From Gemmatimonadales bacterium (GTDB taxonomy: Bacteria > Gemmatimonadota > Gemmatimonadetes > Gemmatimonadales > GWC2-71-9), in the NCBI GenBank assembly GCA_035311125.1, contig DATGDE010000064.1, positions 1 through 51,905 of the forward strand: 51,905 bases of DNA, in the 5' to 3' direction. Below the pieces are notes generated by a model. That model was not told the origin of the DNA. It worked only from the letters and a program-made list of their open reading frames with translations, and made no database searches. The first letter of the stretch is position 1. Each line of letters begins with the position of its first letter. Shown piece by piece: positions 18,950 through 27,269 of this stretch. The translations under genes and the position numbers were made by a program.

Positions 18950-20065
18950 ATGCGCGAGGCCCCGCTCACCGTGCTGCAGCTGACGTTCCAGGGCGACGGC
19001 GCCGGCTCGACGCAATCCATCCTCAATCTGGGCGAGCAGCTCGCGCGGCGCGGGGCCCGCGTCCTCGTCGGCTGTCGCGCCGAGTCGCTGCTGTATCGGG
19101 CGGCGGGGTCGAGCGGGCTGCAGGCGGTGGCGCTCGACTTCTCGCGGCTGCGTCCGCTGGCTCGCTCGCTGGCCGCCGTGATGACGCGCGAGCGCGTGGA
19201 CGTGGTGAACAGCCACGCGACCCGCGACCGCCGCGCCCTCACCTGGCTGCGCCTGAGCGGGCGCCTGCCCCAGGCCTTCGTCGTCACGCGACGCACGATG
19301 CCGCTGACCTCACCGCTCGAGCTGCGGCTCGTGGGGCTCGCGGCGGACCGCACCATCGCGGTGAGCGGGGCCGTGGCCCGCGCGCTGGCGCGGCGCTGGC
19401 ACCCGCTGGCGCGGCTGCGCATCGTCCCCAACGGCATCGACCTCGCCCGCGTGGACGTCGAGCCGGACGAGGCCGAGGTCGCGGCGGCCCGCGCCTCGCT
19501 GGGCGACGTGGGAAACCGGCGCATCGTGGTGGTGATCGCCCGGCGCAAGGATCAGGAGGTGCTGTTGTCGGCGCTCCCCGCCGTGCAGACACCGGTGCTG
19601 CTCGCCTTCGTCGGGATCGACGCCGACGCGCCGCTCCGTACCCTCGCGGCCGCGCTGCCGGATCGTCACCGCGCGGCGTTCGTCCCGTTCGTGCCGCGGC
19701 CGCTCGCCTACTACCGGATCGCTGCGGCGGCGGCGCTGCCGTCGCGCATCGAGGGGCTGTCGCAGAGCCTGCTCGAAGCCATGGCGCTGGGCGTGCCCGT
19801 GGTGGCCTCCGATGCGGGCGGCAACGCCGATCTGATCAGCGACGGTCGCACCGGGCTGCTCGTGCCGCCGCTCGAGCCGGCCGCCTGGGCGGGCGCCCTC
19901 ACCCGGCTGCTCGAGGCCCCCGGGACGGCGGCGGCGCTCGCCGCGGCCGGGCGCTCCCTGGTGCGCCGGGAGTTCACGATCGCCCGAACGGCCGAGCGGA
20001 CGGAGGCGGTGTACCGCGAAGCGCAGCAGCGCCGTCTTCATGCACCGCGCGCCGCCTCCGCCTAG
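18950..20065 (+). CDS. glycosyltransferase family 4 (GT-B)
   Basis: ...IEGLSQSLLEAMALGVPVVASDAGGNADLISDGRTGLLV: GT4 C-terminal signature. Confidence 0.8.
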   Translation: MREAPLTVLQLTFQGDGAGSTQSILNLGEQLARRGARVLVGCRAESLLYRAAGSSGLQAVALDFSRLRPLARSLAAVMTRERVDVVNSHATRDRRALTWLRLSGRLPQAFVVTRRTMPLTSPLELRLVGLAADRTIAVSGAVARALARRWHPLARLRIVPNGIDLARVDVEPDEAEVAAARASLGDVGNRRIVVVIARRKDQEVLLSALPAVQTPVLLAFVGIDADAPLRTLAAALPDRHRAAFVPFVPRPLAYYRIAAAAALPSRIEGLSQSLLEAMALGVPVVASDAGGNADLISDGRTGLLVPPLEPAAWAGALTRLLEAPGTAAALAAAGRSLVRREFTIARTAERTEAVYREAQQRRLHAPRAASA

Positions 20066-20078
20066 ATTGCGCACCTCG

Positions 20079-20942
20079 ATGCTCAGACGGCTCTCCCCCT
20101 TCGCCTTTGCAGCGCTCGTCAGCGGCACAGCCTGCAGCACGGCGCGCAACTACTCCGGCCCCGACGGTCCTCGCTATGTCGGCGGCGTGGATCCGGTGCG
20201 CCCGGCCTCGGCGTCCCGGGGCTGGGCGCCCGATTCCATTCGCGTCGTCACGTTCAACATCAAGTTCGCCCGGGAGATCGACCGGGCCACCGAGTTGTTG
20301 CAGACGATGGGAGCGCTCCACCCCGCGGACATCGTCACGCTGCAGGAGATGGACGAGCCCGGCGTGCGACGGCTGGCGGCGGCGCTGGGGATGTCGTACG
20401 TGTACTATCCGGCCACCGTGCACCCGCAAACCGGCCGGGATTTCGGCAACGCGATTCTCTCGCGCTGGCCGATCACCGGGGACCGCAAAGTCATCCTGCC
20501 GCACCTGGGCCGGTGGGAGCGGACCGAGCGCGCCGCCGTCGGCGCGACGATCCTGGTCGGGTCGGTCCCGATCCGCGTCTACAGCGTCCATCTCGGCACG
20601 CCGCTGGAGATCGGGCCGGGGAGCAAGCGCGACCAGGTCCGCGCCGTATTGCGCGACGCCGCGACCTACCCGCGCGTGCTCATCGCGGGCGACATGAACG
20701 GCCAGAGCATCGGCCGCGAATTCGTGGCGCACGGGTACCGCTGGCCCACCGAGCACGAGGGGCCTACCTCCGGTCCCTTCAGCTTCGACCACATCTTCCA
20801 GCTCGGGCTGGGTGGCCACGCCAGCACCGGCGTGGTCCGCGACAATCTGCAGGCCAGCGACCATCGCCCCGTCTGGGCGGTGATGGCGCTCGCCGCGGAC
20901 CTTCCGCATCCGTTCACCCAATCTTCAGCAACGGGCCCCTAG
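20079..20942 (+). CDS. endonuclease/exonuclease/phosphatase (EEP) family protein, secreted or lipid-anchored
   Basis: Signal peptide MLRRLSPFAFAALVSGTAC, then VVTFNIKF, DIVTLQE, GNAILSRWP, VYSVHL, GDMN, SDHRP: EEP catalytic motifs. Start taken at the internal ATG 20079. TAGATT lies 10 nt upstream. Confidence 0.75.
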   Translation: MLRRLSPFAFAALVSGTACSTARNYSGPDGPRYVGGVDPVRPASASRGWAPDSIRVVTFNIKFAREIDRATELLQTMGALHPADIVTLQEMDEPGVRRLAAALGMSYVYYPATVHPQTGRDFGNAILSRWPITGDRKVILPHLGRWERTERAAVGATILVGSVPIRVYSVHLGTPLEIGPGSKRDQVRAVLRDAATYPRVLIAGDMNGQSIGREFVAHGYRWPTEHEGPTSGPFSFDHIFQLGLGGHASTGVVRDNLQASDHRPVWAVMALAADLPHPFTQSSATGP

Positions 20943-20971
20943 GCTCTTCATAAATACCGGCCGGAGGAGGT

Positions 20972-23900
20972 ATGACGGCCCGGGCAGGATCTCTCGCGGT
21001 ACTGCTGCTCGCCGCTGCTTCGACCGGCCAGGCGCAGGACACACTCCCGCCCAGCCAGGGCGGCTACGTCCATTCCCTCGGCCTCCCCGAGATCTACAAG
21101 CCGTATGTCGGTGTCGGAATCGGCCTCTCCAACGGCGCGGGTCACCATCTCGCGTCGCAAGCGCGGCTCGGCGTGTTCCGTGACATCGGCAATCCGGTCA
21201 CGGAGCTGCTGGGGTGGGATCTGGAGGGCTATGCCGGGTTGCGCGACGTACGGGTCGACGGCGGCGTCCGCGGGCAGCTCCTGTGCAACCTGCTCCGAAT
21301 CGGCGCGGGCGTTGACTACGGCGCGCACGACGGCGCCGATTTCATGCTCAGCTACATGGCCATTGGACGTCGCGGCGGCCTGTTCGGCAGCGGGAGCGAG
21401 CTCCGCTTCGAATGGATGCCGACACGCCACGGCTCGTTCAACGTGGCCGTCAACGTCCCGTTGCGCCAGCCGCACCGGGGCCAAACTCGCATAACGCGCA
21501 CTTTCGTAGTGCTCCACGCGGATCGACCACGTCCGGTCGCTCCACCCGCCACCGCGGATCTCCCGGCACTGGAGTCGGCGCTTCGGGCCCTGCGGGAGGC
21601 GGCGCTGTGGATCAATCGCTTGACGGTGCCGGATTTGGGGGTGTCACGAAGCGACCCCGCCGAGGGCGCGACTGCGGCCGCCAGACCAGTCAAGGCGCAC
21701 CTCGCCGATCGCACGGTCGCGGACGACATCGATGCATATCACCGGCTAATGGCGCGTGCATTCTCGATCGCCTTGTCCGACTCGTCTGGAGGGTTGGGGG
21801 CCCTCGTCGCAGAGCGGGCGAAGGCTGTCCTGCTCGAGCGCGTACTCTTCCCATACAATCGGCTCATCGGCCAGCCGAAACGCGAGGACACCACGCGCGA
21901 GTTCGGGGGGCACGCCCGTGGCGTGTTCGCTCGCTGGCTCGTGACCGAGTCGTCGGTGCCGGCGCAGCGGACGGATGCGGCGCTCTACGTGTTCCAGCGC
22001 GTGCTCGACATCGTGGAGGAGATCCGCGCGGCCAACCGGACAGTCTGGGGGGATTCGCGGCTGGTGTGGCTCCCGCTCCAGCTCGCGCTGACGCCGGAGC
22101 AGTACGACGAAACGAGCGAGCTTGACTCGCTGATCAGCCATGCCGTGGGGCAGCCGGTCACGCACGGCAACCGCGTCTGGTACGTCCACAACGGCCGCTT
22201 TCAGACCGAGCTCATCAAGTCGATCGGCGAGGCCAACGAGTACCACATCCTGTGGATCCACGATTTCCGCGGCCTCAACGATTCGGGGCAGCCGGATCGT
22301 TTGTCGTTGACGGTCGTGACCCGTGCCTATCTCGAGGCCCTGACCGAGCGGGTGTCGCGCTACGACTCGACGGGCACCCTGCCGGCTTACATGATCTTTC
22401 TCGACCAGCACTACTTCGAGGTGAACCACAGCCGAGACCTGCTCAACGTGCTGCAGGACCCACTTGGCCGTCACTTGAGCCTTCCGCCCGGTGACTCTCT
22501 CGGCGACTCGCTGCGGGCGGCCCAGTCCCGTCTCTGGCAAGCGGTCACGGCCTCTCGCCTGCTCACGGCCGAACGGGCCCAGTACGGCGAGCGGTGGCTG
22601 CACCGCCTGGTCAAGGTGCACGTCAACATCACCAACCCGTCGGATCCGTCATTCCGGAGCCGCCAGATCCTGCCAGTCATCGGGATGCCCGACGACGTAA
22701 TGCGCGATCATCGCAAGGTCGTGCTCTACGACGTGAGTGAGGAGTATCCCTATCGTGGCATGGCGATGTACGCCGGTGCGGGGGTGGGCGAGCACTACGC
22801 GGGGCCGGCGTGGGAAGACCGCGCCATGATGGTCCAGGGGCCGGCCGCCCTCGCCCTGCGTGACGCGGCGCGCAAGCTCCTCGAGGCGCAGGGCATCACG
22901 AGTGGCGAGATGCCGCACCCACTGCGGCCACGTCCAAAGGCAGCCGATTACGACAGCATTGTGGATGACGAGATCAAGGTTCTGGACGCGAAGGGGGAGG
23001 TAGCCAGTCGAGCGATCGAGCTGCACAACGGGACCGGCTTCGATTTCAAGGAAATCTCGGTGGCGGACGCGACGGTATTCAACCTCATGTCGCCCGGCGG
23101 CGTCGTGAAGGTCCCCGATTCGCTCTGGCTCAACGAGCTGCTCGCGTCGCTGTTGACTGGCGGCGCGCTGCGTGGAGTGCGGGTGCTCATCATCGCTCCG
23201 GCCCTAGCCTCCGCTCCCGCTCCAGGAAAGCAGAACATGGCGGCCGTGCACGACCTGCTCTCCCGCCTCGTCGCGCTGCACCGCTTGCTTGGTCCCGAAG
23301 TGGGGCGTGCCGGTGGACTGCTGCGTGTTGGGCTGTACAAGCCGACGATCGAGGTGGACGACATGAGCCACCGGGTTGCCGCCTTGAACCGGAGCCTGCG
23401 CAGCGACTCGGTGCTGCGGAATCTCTACCGGCTCGATTCGGCCGCCTATCTGGTTCTCGACAGCGCGGCCGCGCTCATCCGCGACGTCGAAACGGATACC
23501 TGCCGGGCAGCGGCGCCCTCGCAGAAGGCAAGGGATACCGTGGACACGGGAGCGATCCACCCCAAGCTGCACTTCAAGGGATTCCTGTACGTCTCTGGGG
23601 AGGCGTGGGCGCATCTCATCAGCGGGCCTCCGATGGCGCGCGGCATGCAGGTGTATCTGGAGGAGCGAGAGAGGCAGATCCGGGGAGGCGCTTGCAGGGA
23701 CGAATGGGAAATGGCGACCGCCATGCAGAAGGTCGGGGCCGAGGTCATCAACCCCGAGCTCGCGAAGCTCCCTCCAGGCACACGATACCGTCTGGTGTTC
23801 TTTCTTCAAGTTGGATCGGCGAACCAGGACTACCGCAGCATGGCGATGGACGGCGAAGCGGCGGTCCTTGTCCCGAATTGGACCGCCCTCTATGCGGTCC

Positions 23901-24025
23901 CGGACTTCGTGCTGCTGACCGGACTCGTGACCTGGGTAGACGATCAGGCAGCCCTGGACCGTGACCTCCCCCCGCCGAGTCCCTTCTACCGCTGGCTCTC
24001 GCGCTGGATCAAGATGGCGCTCTAG
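20972..24025 (+). CDS. large secreted protein (1017 aa) with divergent phospholipase D-superfamily (HKD) motifs
   Basis: Signal peptide MTARAGSLAVLLLAAASTGQAQD and a GGAGGAGG SD just upstream. HRKVVLYD (HxKxxxxD, aa 580-587, nt 22709-22732). HFKGFLYV (aa 866-873). VGSANQDYRS (aa 947-956, nt 23810-23839). Confidence 0.65.
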   Translation: MTARAGSLAVLLLAAASTGQAQDTLPPSQGGYVHSLGLPEIYKPYVGVGIGLSNGAGHHLASQARLGVFRDIGNPVTELLGWDLEGYAGLRDVRVDGGVRGQLLCNLLRIGAGVDYGAHDGADFMLSYMAIGRRGGLFGSGSELRFEWMPTRHGSFNVAVNVPLRQPHRGQTRITRTFVVLHADRPRPVAPPATADLPALESALRALREAALWINRLTVPDLGVSRSDPAEGATAAARPVKAHLADRTVADDIDAYHRLMARAFSIALSDSSGGLGALVAERAKAVLLERVLFPYNRLIGQPKREDTTREFGGHARGVFARWLVTESSVPAQRTDAALYVFQRVLDIVEEIRAANRTVWGDSRLVWLPLQLALTPEQYDETSELDSLISHAVGQPVTHGNRVWYVHNGRFQTELIKSIGEANEYHILWIHDFRGLNDSGQPDRLSLTVVTRAYLEALTERVSRYDSTGTLPAYMIFLDQHYFEVNHSRDLLNVLQDPLGRHLSLPPGDSLGDSLRAAQSRLWQAVTASRLLTAERAQYGERWLHRLVKVHVNITNPSDPSFRSRQILPVIGMPDDVMRDHRKVVLYDVSEEYPYRGMAMYAGAGVGEHYAGPAWEDRAMMVQGPAALALRDAARKLLEAQGITSGEMPHPLRPRPKAADYDSIVDDEIKVLDAKGEVASRAIELHNGTGFDFKEISVADATVFNLMSPGGVVKVPDSLWLNELLASLLTGGALRGVRVLIIAPALASAPAPGKQNMAAVHDLLSRLVALHRLLGPEVGRAGGLLRVGLYKPTIEVDDMSHRVAALNRSLRSDSVLRNLYRLDSAAYLVLDSAAALIRDVETDTCRAAAPSQKARDTVDTGAIHPKLHFKGFLYVSGEAWAHLISGPPMARGMQVYLEERERQIRGGACRDEWEMATAMQKVGAEVINPELAKLPPGTRYRLVFFLQVGSANQDYRSMAMDGEAAVLVPNWTALYAVPDFVLLTGLVTWVDDQAALDRDLPPPSPFYRWLSRWIKMAL

Positions 24026-24028
24026 CGA

Positions 24029-24058
24029 TTGCAGGGATGGGACCGCCCGATGTAGTCT
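24029..24058 (+). promoter_or_regulatory. sigma-70-like promoter TTGCAG-18-TAGTCT, 10 nt upstream of ATG 24069
   Basis: TTGCAG 24029-24034, TAGTCT 24053-24058. Confidence 0.45.
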
Positions 24059-24068
24059 TCTGACTGAC

Positions 24069-24818
24069 ATGCCGGCCCCGCTCACGGTCGTCATCCCCAC
24101 CCTCAACGAAGGGGACCAGATCGCCGCGTGCGTGCGACATCTCACGTGGGCGGACGAAGTGATCGTGGCCGACGGCGGTTCCCGGGACGGGACGGTCGCG
24201 GCCGCCAGAGCGGCGGGCGCGACGGTGCTCGAGGTACCGGGGGTGACGATCGCGGCGCAACGCAACGCCGCCATCGGCCGGGCGCGCAACGTCTGGGTGT
24301 TCGCGCTCGACGCCGACGAGCGGATCGTGCCCGAGCTGGCGCAGGAGTTGTCGGGCCTGTCGGCGGGCGGGGCGAGACACGAGGCCTACGCCGTGCGACG
24401 CAACAATGTGTACCTGGGCCGCCGCATGCGGTACGCGGGCTGGGGCGATGCGTGGGCGGTTCGCTTCTTCAAGCGCGATCGCCGGTTTGTGGAGAAGCGG
24501 GTTCATGAAGGACTCGAGCCGGTGGCCGATGTGGCCCGCCTGACTGGGGCGCTCGAGCACACGCCGTACCGGGATCTGGCGCACCACGTCCACAAGCTGG
24601 TGCTGTACGCGGAGTGGGGGGCGCTCGATCTGCGCGATGCCGGCCGCCGCGCGCGCGCGATCGATCTGCTGGTTCGACCCGGCTGGCAGGCGTTTCGGAC
24701 CTACGTGCTGCAGCTCGGGATGCTGGAAGGGTGGCGGGGCGTAGTGCTGTGCGGGCTCGCCGGGGTGAGCGTGTTCCTCAAATACGCCCGCCTCTGGGAC
24801 CTTCAACGACGCGGGTAA
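24069..24818 (+). CDS. glycosyltransferase family 2 (LPS core KdtX/WaaE-like)
   Basis: LTVVIPTLNEGDQIAACV..., VIVADGGSRDGT, ALDADER (DXD). Internal ATG of track ORF 23961..24818. Confidence 0.8.
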   Translation: MPAPLTVVIPTLNEGDQIAACVRHLTWADEVIVADGGSRDGTVAAARAAGATVLEVPGVTIAAQRNAAIGRARNVWVFALDADERIVPELAQELSGLSAGGARHEAYAVRRNNVYLGRRMRYAGWGDAWAVRFFKRDRRFVEKRVHEGLEPVADVARLTGALEHTPYRDLAHHVHKLVLYAEWGALDLRDAGRRARAIDLLVRPGWQAFRTYVLQLGMLEGWRGVVLCGLAGVSVFLKYARLWDLQRRG

Positions 24819-25990
24819 TGGCAAAGACCTTCCTGCTGACCGACGAGTTTCCGCCGATCATGACCGGCATCTCCCGCCTGATGGGCGAGATCGCCCGCCG
24901 CTACCCGAAAGGGGAGCTGCTTGTCTCCACCGGCCAGCACCACGATGCGCCCGAGACCGACGGGCAGTTCACCGGCGCGGTGATCGACCGCCTGCCGATT
25001 TCCACCAAGGCGCTGCACGGCTTCGCCGGCCTCATGTTCTGGTCGCGCCGGGTGGGCGCTCTCGCGCGGGCCCACAAGCCGCGGTTCGCCTGGGCCGACT
25101 CGATCCGCCCGGCCGGCTACCCCGCCAAGTGGGCATACGAGCGCCTCGGCGTGAAATACGGCGTGCTGGTGCACGGCGGCGATCTCCTGAAGGAGTTGCA
25201 CGCGATCCATCACACGCCGTTGACGCGGCGATCGGGCAAGGCGCTGCTCAAGTCGGCGGCCGCGGTGGTCGCCAACAGCCAATGGACACGGGAGCAGGCC
25301 CAGAAGGTGCTGCGCGAGGTCGGGCTCGATCCGTTGGCGGAGCGCGTGAAGGTCGTGCCGCTGGGCACCGATGCGGAGCGGTTCCGGCCCGGCATCGACG
25401 CGCGCGAAGTGCGGGAACGCTATCGGCTCAACGGCGGCCGCTGGGCGCTGACGGTCGCGCGACTCGAATCCTACAAGGGGATCGACACCGCACTGCGCGC
25501 GGTGGCCCGTGTGCGCAAGGAGGGGATCGACGTGCACTACGCGGTCGTCGGGGCCGGCAAGCGCGCGGCCTTTCGCAAGCTCGCCGAGGAGCTGAAGATC
25601 GACGACGTCGTGCGGTTCGTCGGTCCGGTGCCCGACGCGGATCTTCCGGCACTTTACAACGCCGCGGACATCTACATCGGCGTCAGCCGGCAGTCCGAGG
25701 GCACCCGGATCGAGGGCTTCGGCGTGGCGCTCTCGGAGGCGGCGGCGTGCGGGCTACCAGTGATTGCGGGACGGAGCGGGGGGCTCGCCGAAGCGGTGCA
25801 GGACGGGGAGACGGGTCTCGTCGTGGACCCCAACGACGCGGAGGCGGTGGCCCAGGCACTCGGACGCGTGCTCGGCGACCAGCTGCTGGCCCGGCGCCTG
25901 GGGCAGGGTGGCCGCAAGGCGGTCGAAACCTACTACAACTGGGACCGCGTCATTCGGGATCTCCGCGAAATCGAAGCCCAAGTCGCGTAG
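24818..25990 (+). CDS. glycosyltransferase family 4, tandem copy 1
   Basis: MAKTFLLTDEFPPIMTGISRLM..., ...EGFGVALSEAAACGLPVIAGRSGGLAEAVQDGETGLVV. TAATG overlap with the upstream gene. Confidence 0.85.
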   Translation: MAKTFLLTDEFPPIMTGISRLMGEIARRYPKGELLVSTGQHHDAPETDGQFTGAVIDRLPISTKALHGFAGLMFWSRRVGALARAHKPRFAWADSIRPAGYPAKWAYERLGVKYGVLVHGGDLLKELHAIHHTPLTRRSGKALLKSAAAVVANSQWTREQAQKVLREVGLDPLAERVKVVPLGTDAERFRPGIDAREVRERYRLNGGRWALTVARLESYKGIDTALRAVARVRKEGIDVHYAVVGAGKRAAFRKLAEELKIDDVVRFVGPVPDADLPALYNAADIYIGVSRQSEGTRIEGFGVALSEAAACGLPVIAGRSGGLAEAVQDGETGLVVDPNDAEAVAQALGRVLGDQLLARRLGQGGRKAVETYYNWDRVIRDLREIEAQVA

Positions 25991-26030
25991 CGATCTCCTC
26001 GTCCCCGTCCTTCCTCCCTCGTCCCAGTCG

Positions 26031-27248
26031 TTGTCCGAGACGCTCCTCCTGTCCTTCAATTTCCCGCCGCACGGCGGGGGCATCGCTCGCATGATGGGGG
26101 AGCTGGCGCTGCGGTACCCGCCCCGGTCCCTGGTCGTCTCGACCGGTGCGTACGCCGGCAGCGCCGAGAGCGACGCGGCTGTTCCGCAGTTGGTGGACCG
26201 GGTCGGTATCCGCGCCACGCGCCTGCGCACCGTCAACGGCCTGATGCTTTGGACCGCCCGGGCCGCCGCGCTGGCGCGCCGCCACGAGTTCGGCTTCGCC
26301 TGGTGCGGCGAGCTGAAGCCGGCGGGATATCCGGCGTGGTGGCTCTCCCGGCGCCACGGGATCCCCTACGGCGTCGTGGTGCACGGTACGGAGCTGCTGC
26401 TGCTGGACCACAAGATCCGCGCGAGCCGCTTCAAGCGGTGGACCGCCGGCGGGCTCGTGGCCGGGGCGGCGGTGCTCGCGGCGAACAGCAGCTGGACGGC
26501 GGGGGTGGCGCGCCGACTATACGAGCTGCTGGGTCGTCCCGATCTCGCCGCCCGCGTGCAGCTGGTTCCGCTCGGCACCGAGCCGAGGCAGTTCCGGCCC
26601 GGACTCGACACCGGTCCGGTGCGGCGGAAATACGGGCTCGACGGTGGTCCGTGGCTCCTCACGGTGGCCCGGCTGGAGTGGCACAAGGGCATCGATACCG
26701 TGATCCGGGCATTGCCCGCCGTCCGCGCGGCGTATCCGGGCACGCGCTACGCCGTGGCTGGGGTGGGCCCTCGCCGGGCCGAGCTCGACCGGATCGCCGG
26801 GGAAGCGGGGATCCGGCACGCGGTCGAGTTCCTCGGCTTCGTCCCCGACGACGACCTGCCCGCCCTGTACAACGCGGCGGACCTGTACGTCGGCGCGTCG
26901 CGCTATCACGACCTGCTGGTCGAGGGATTCGGCATCTCGCTCGTCGAGGCGTCCGCCTCCGGGGTGGCCGTGGTGGGCGGGCGGTCGGGCGGCGTCCCCG
27001 ACGCGGTGCGCGACGGCGAGACCGGAATCCTGGTCGATCCCGGGAATCCGGAGGCCGTCGCGGCCGGGATCAACCGGCTGCTGGGAGACGACGCGCTGCG
27101 CGAGCGGATGGGCGCCGCCGGGCGACGGGCGGTCGAGACCTACTACAACTGGGATCGGGTGTGCCGGGATCTGATGCGGATTGACGGGGAGTTTCGGCGT
27201 AGAGACGGGGGAGTGGGGGGTGGGGAGCGGGAGTTGCACCGAGCCTAA
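26031..27248 (+). CDS. glycosyltransferase family 4, tandem copy 2 (paralog of 24818..25990)
   Basis: Collinear with copy 1 over its full length (LLLSFNFPPHGGGIARMM vs FLLTDEFPPIMTGISRLM; EGFGISLVEASASGVAVVGGRSGGVPDAVRDGETGILV). The proposed TTG start at 26031 aligns with the Met of copy 1. The start is uncertain. Confidence 0.78.
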   Translation: MSETLLLSFNFPPHGGGIARMMGELALRYPPRSLVVSTGAYAGSAESDAAVPQLVDRVGIRATRLRTVNGLMLWTARAAALARRHEFGFAWCGELKPAGYPAWWLSRRHGIPYGVVVHGTELLLLDHKIRASRFKRWTAGGLVAGAAVLAANSSWTAGVARRLYELLGRPDLAARVQLVPLGTEPRQFRPGLDTGPVRRKYGLDGGPWLLTVARLEWHKGIDTVIRALPAVRAAYPGTRYAVAGVGPRRAELDRIAGEAGIRHAVEFLGFVPDDDLPALYNAADLYVGASRYHDLLVEGFGISLVEASASGVAVVGGRSGGVPDAVRDGETGILVDPGNPEAVAAGINRLLGDDALRERMGAAGRRAVETYYNWDRVCRDLMRIDGEFRRRDGGVGGGERELHRA

Positions 27249-27269
27249 CCGCTCCCCACTCCCCGTCTC
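27202..27269. terminator. GC-rich hairpin between convergent genes (possible bidirectional terminator)
   Basis: Left arm gagacgggggagtggggggtggggagcgg (27202-27230), loop 27231-27248, right arm ccgctccccactccccgtctc (27249-27269). The inner 11 bp are perfect (gtggggagcgg/ccgctccccac). No U-tract. Confidence 0.45.
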
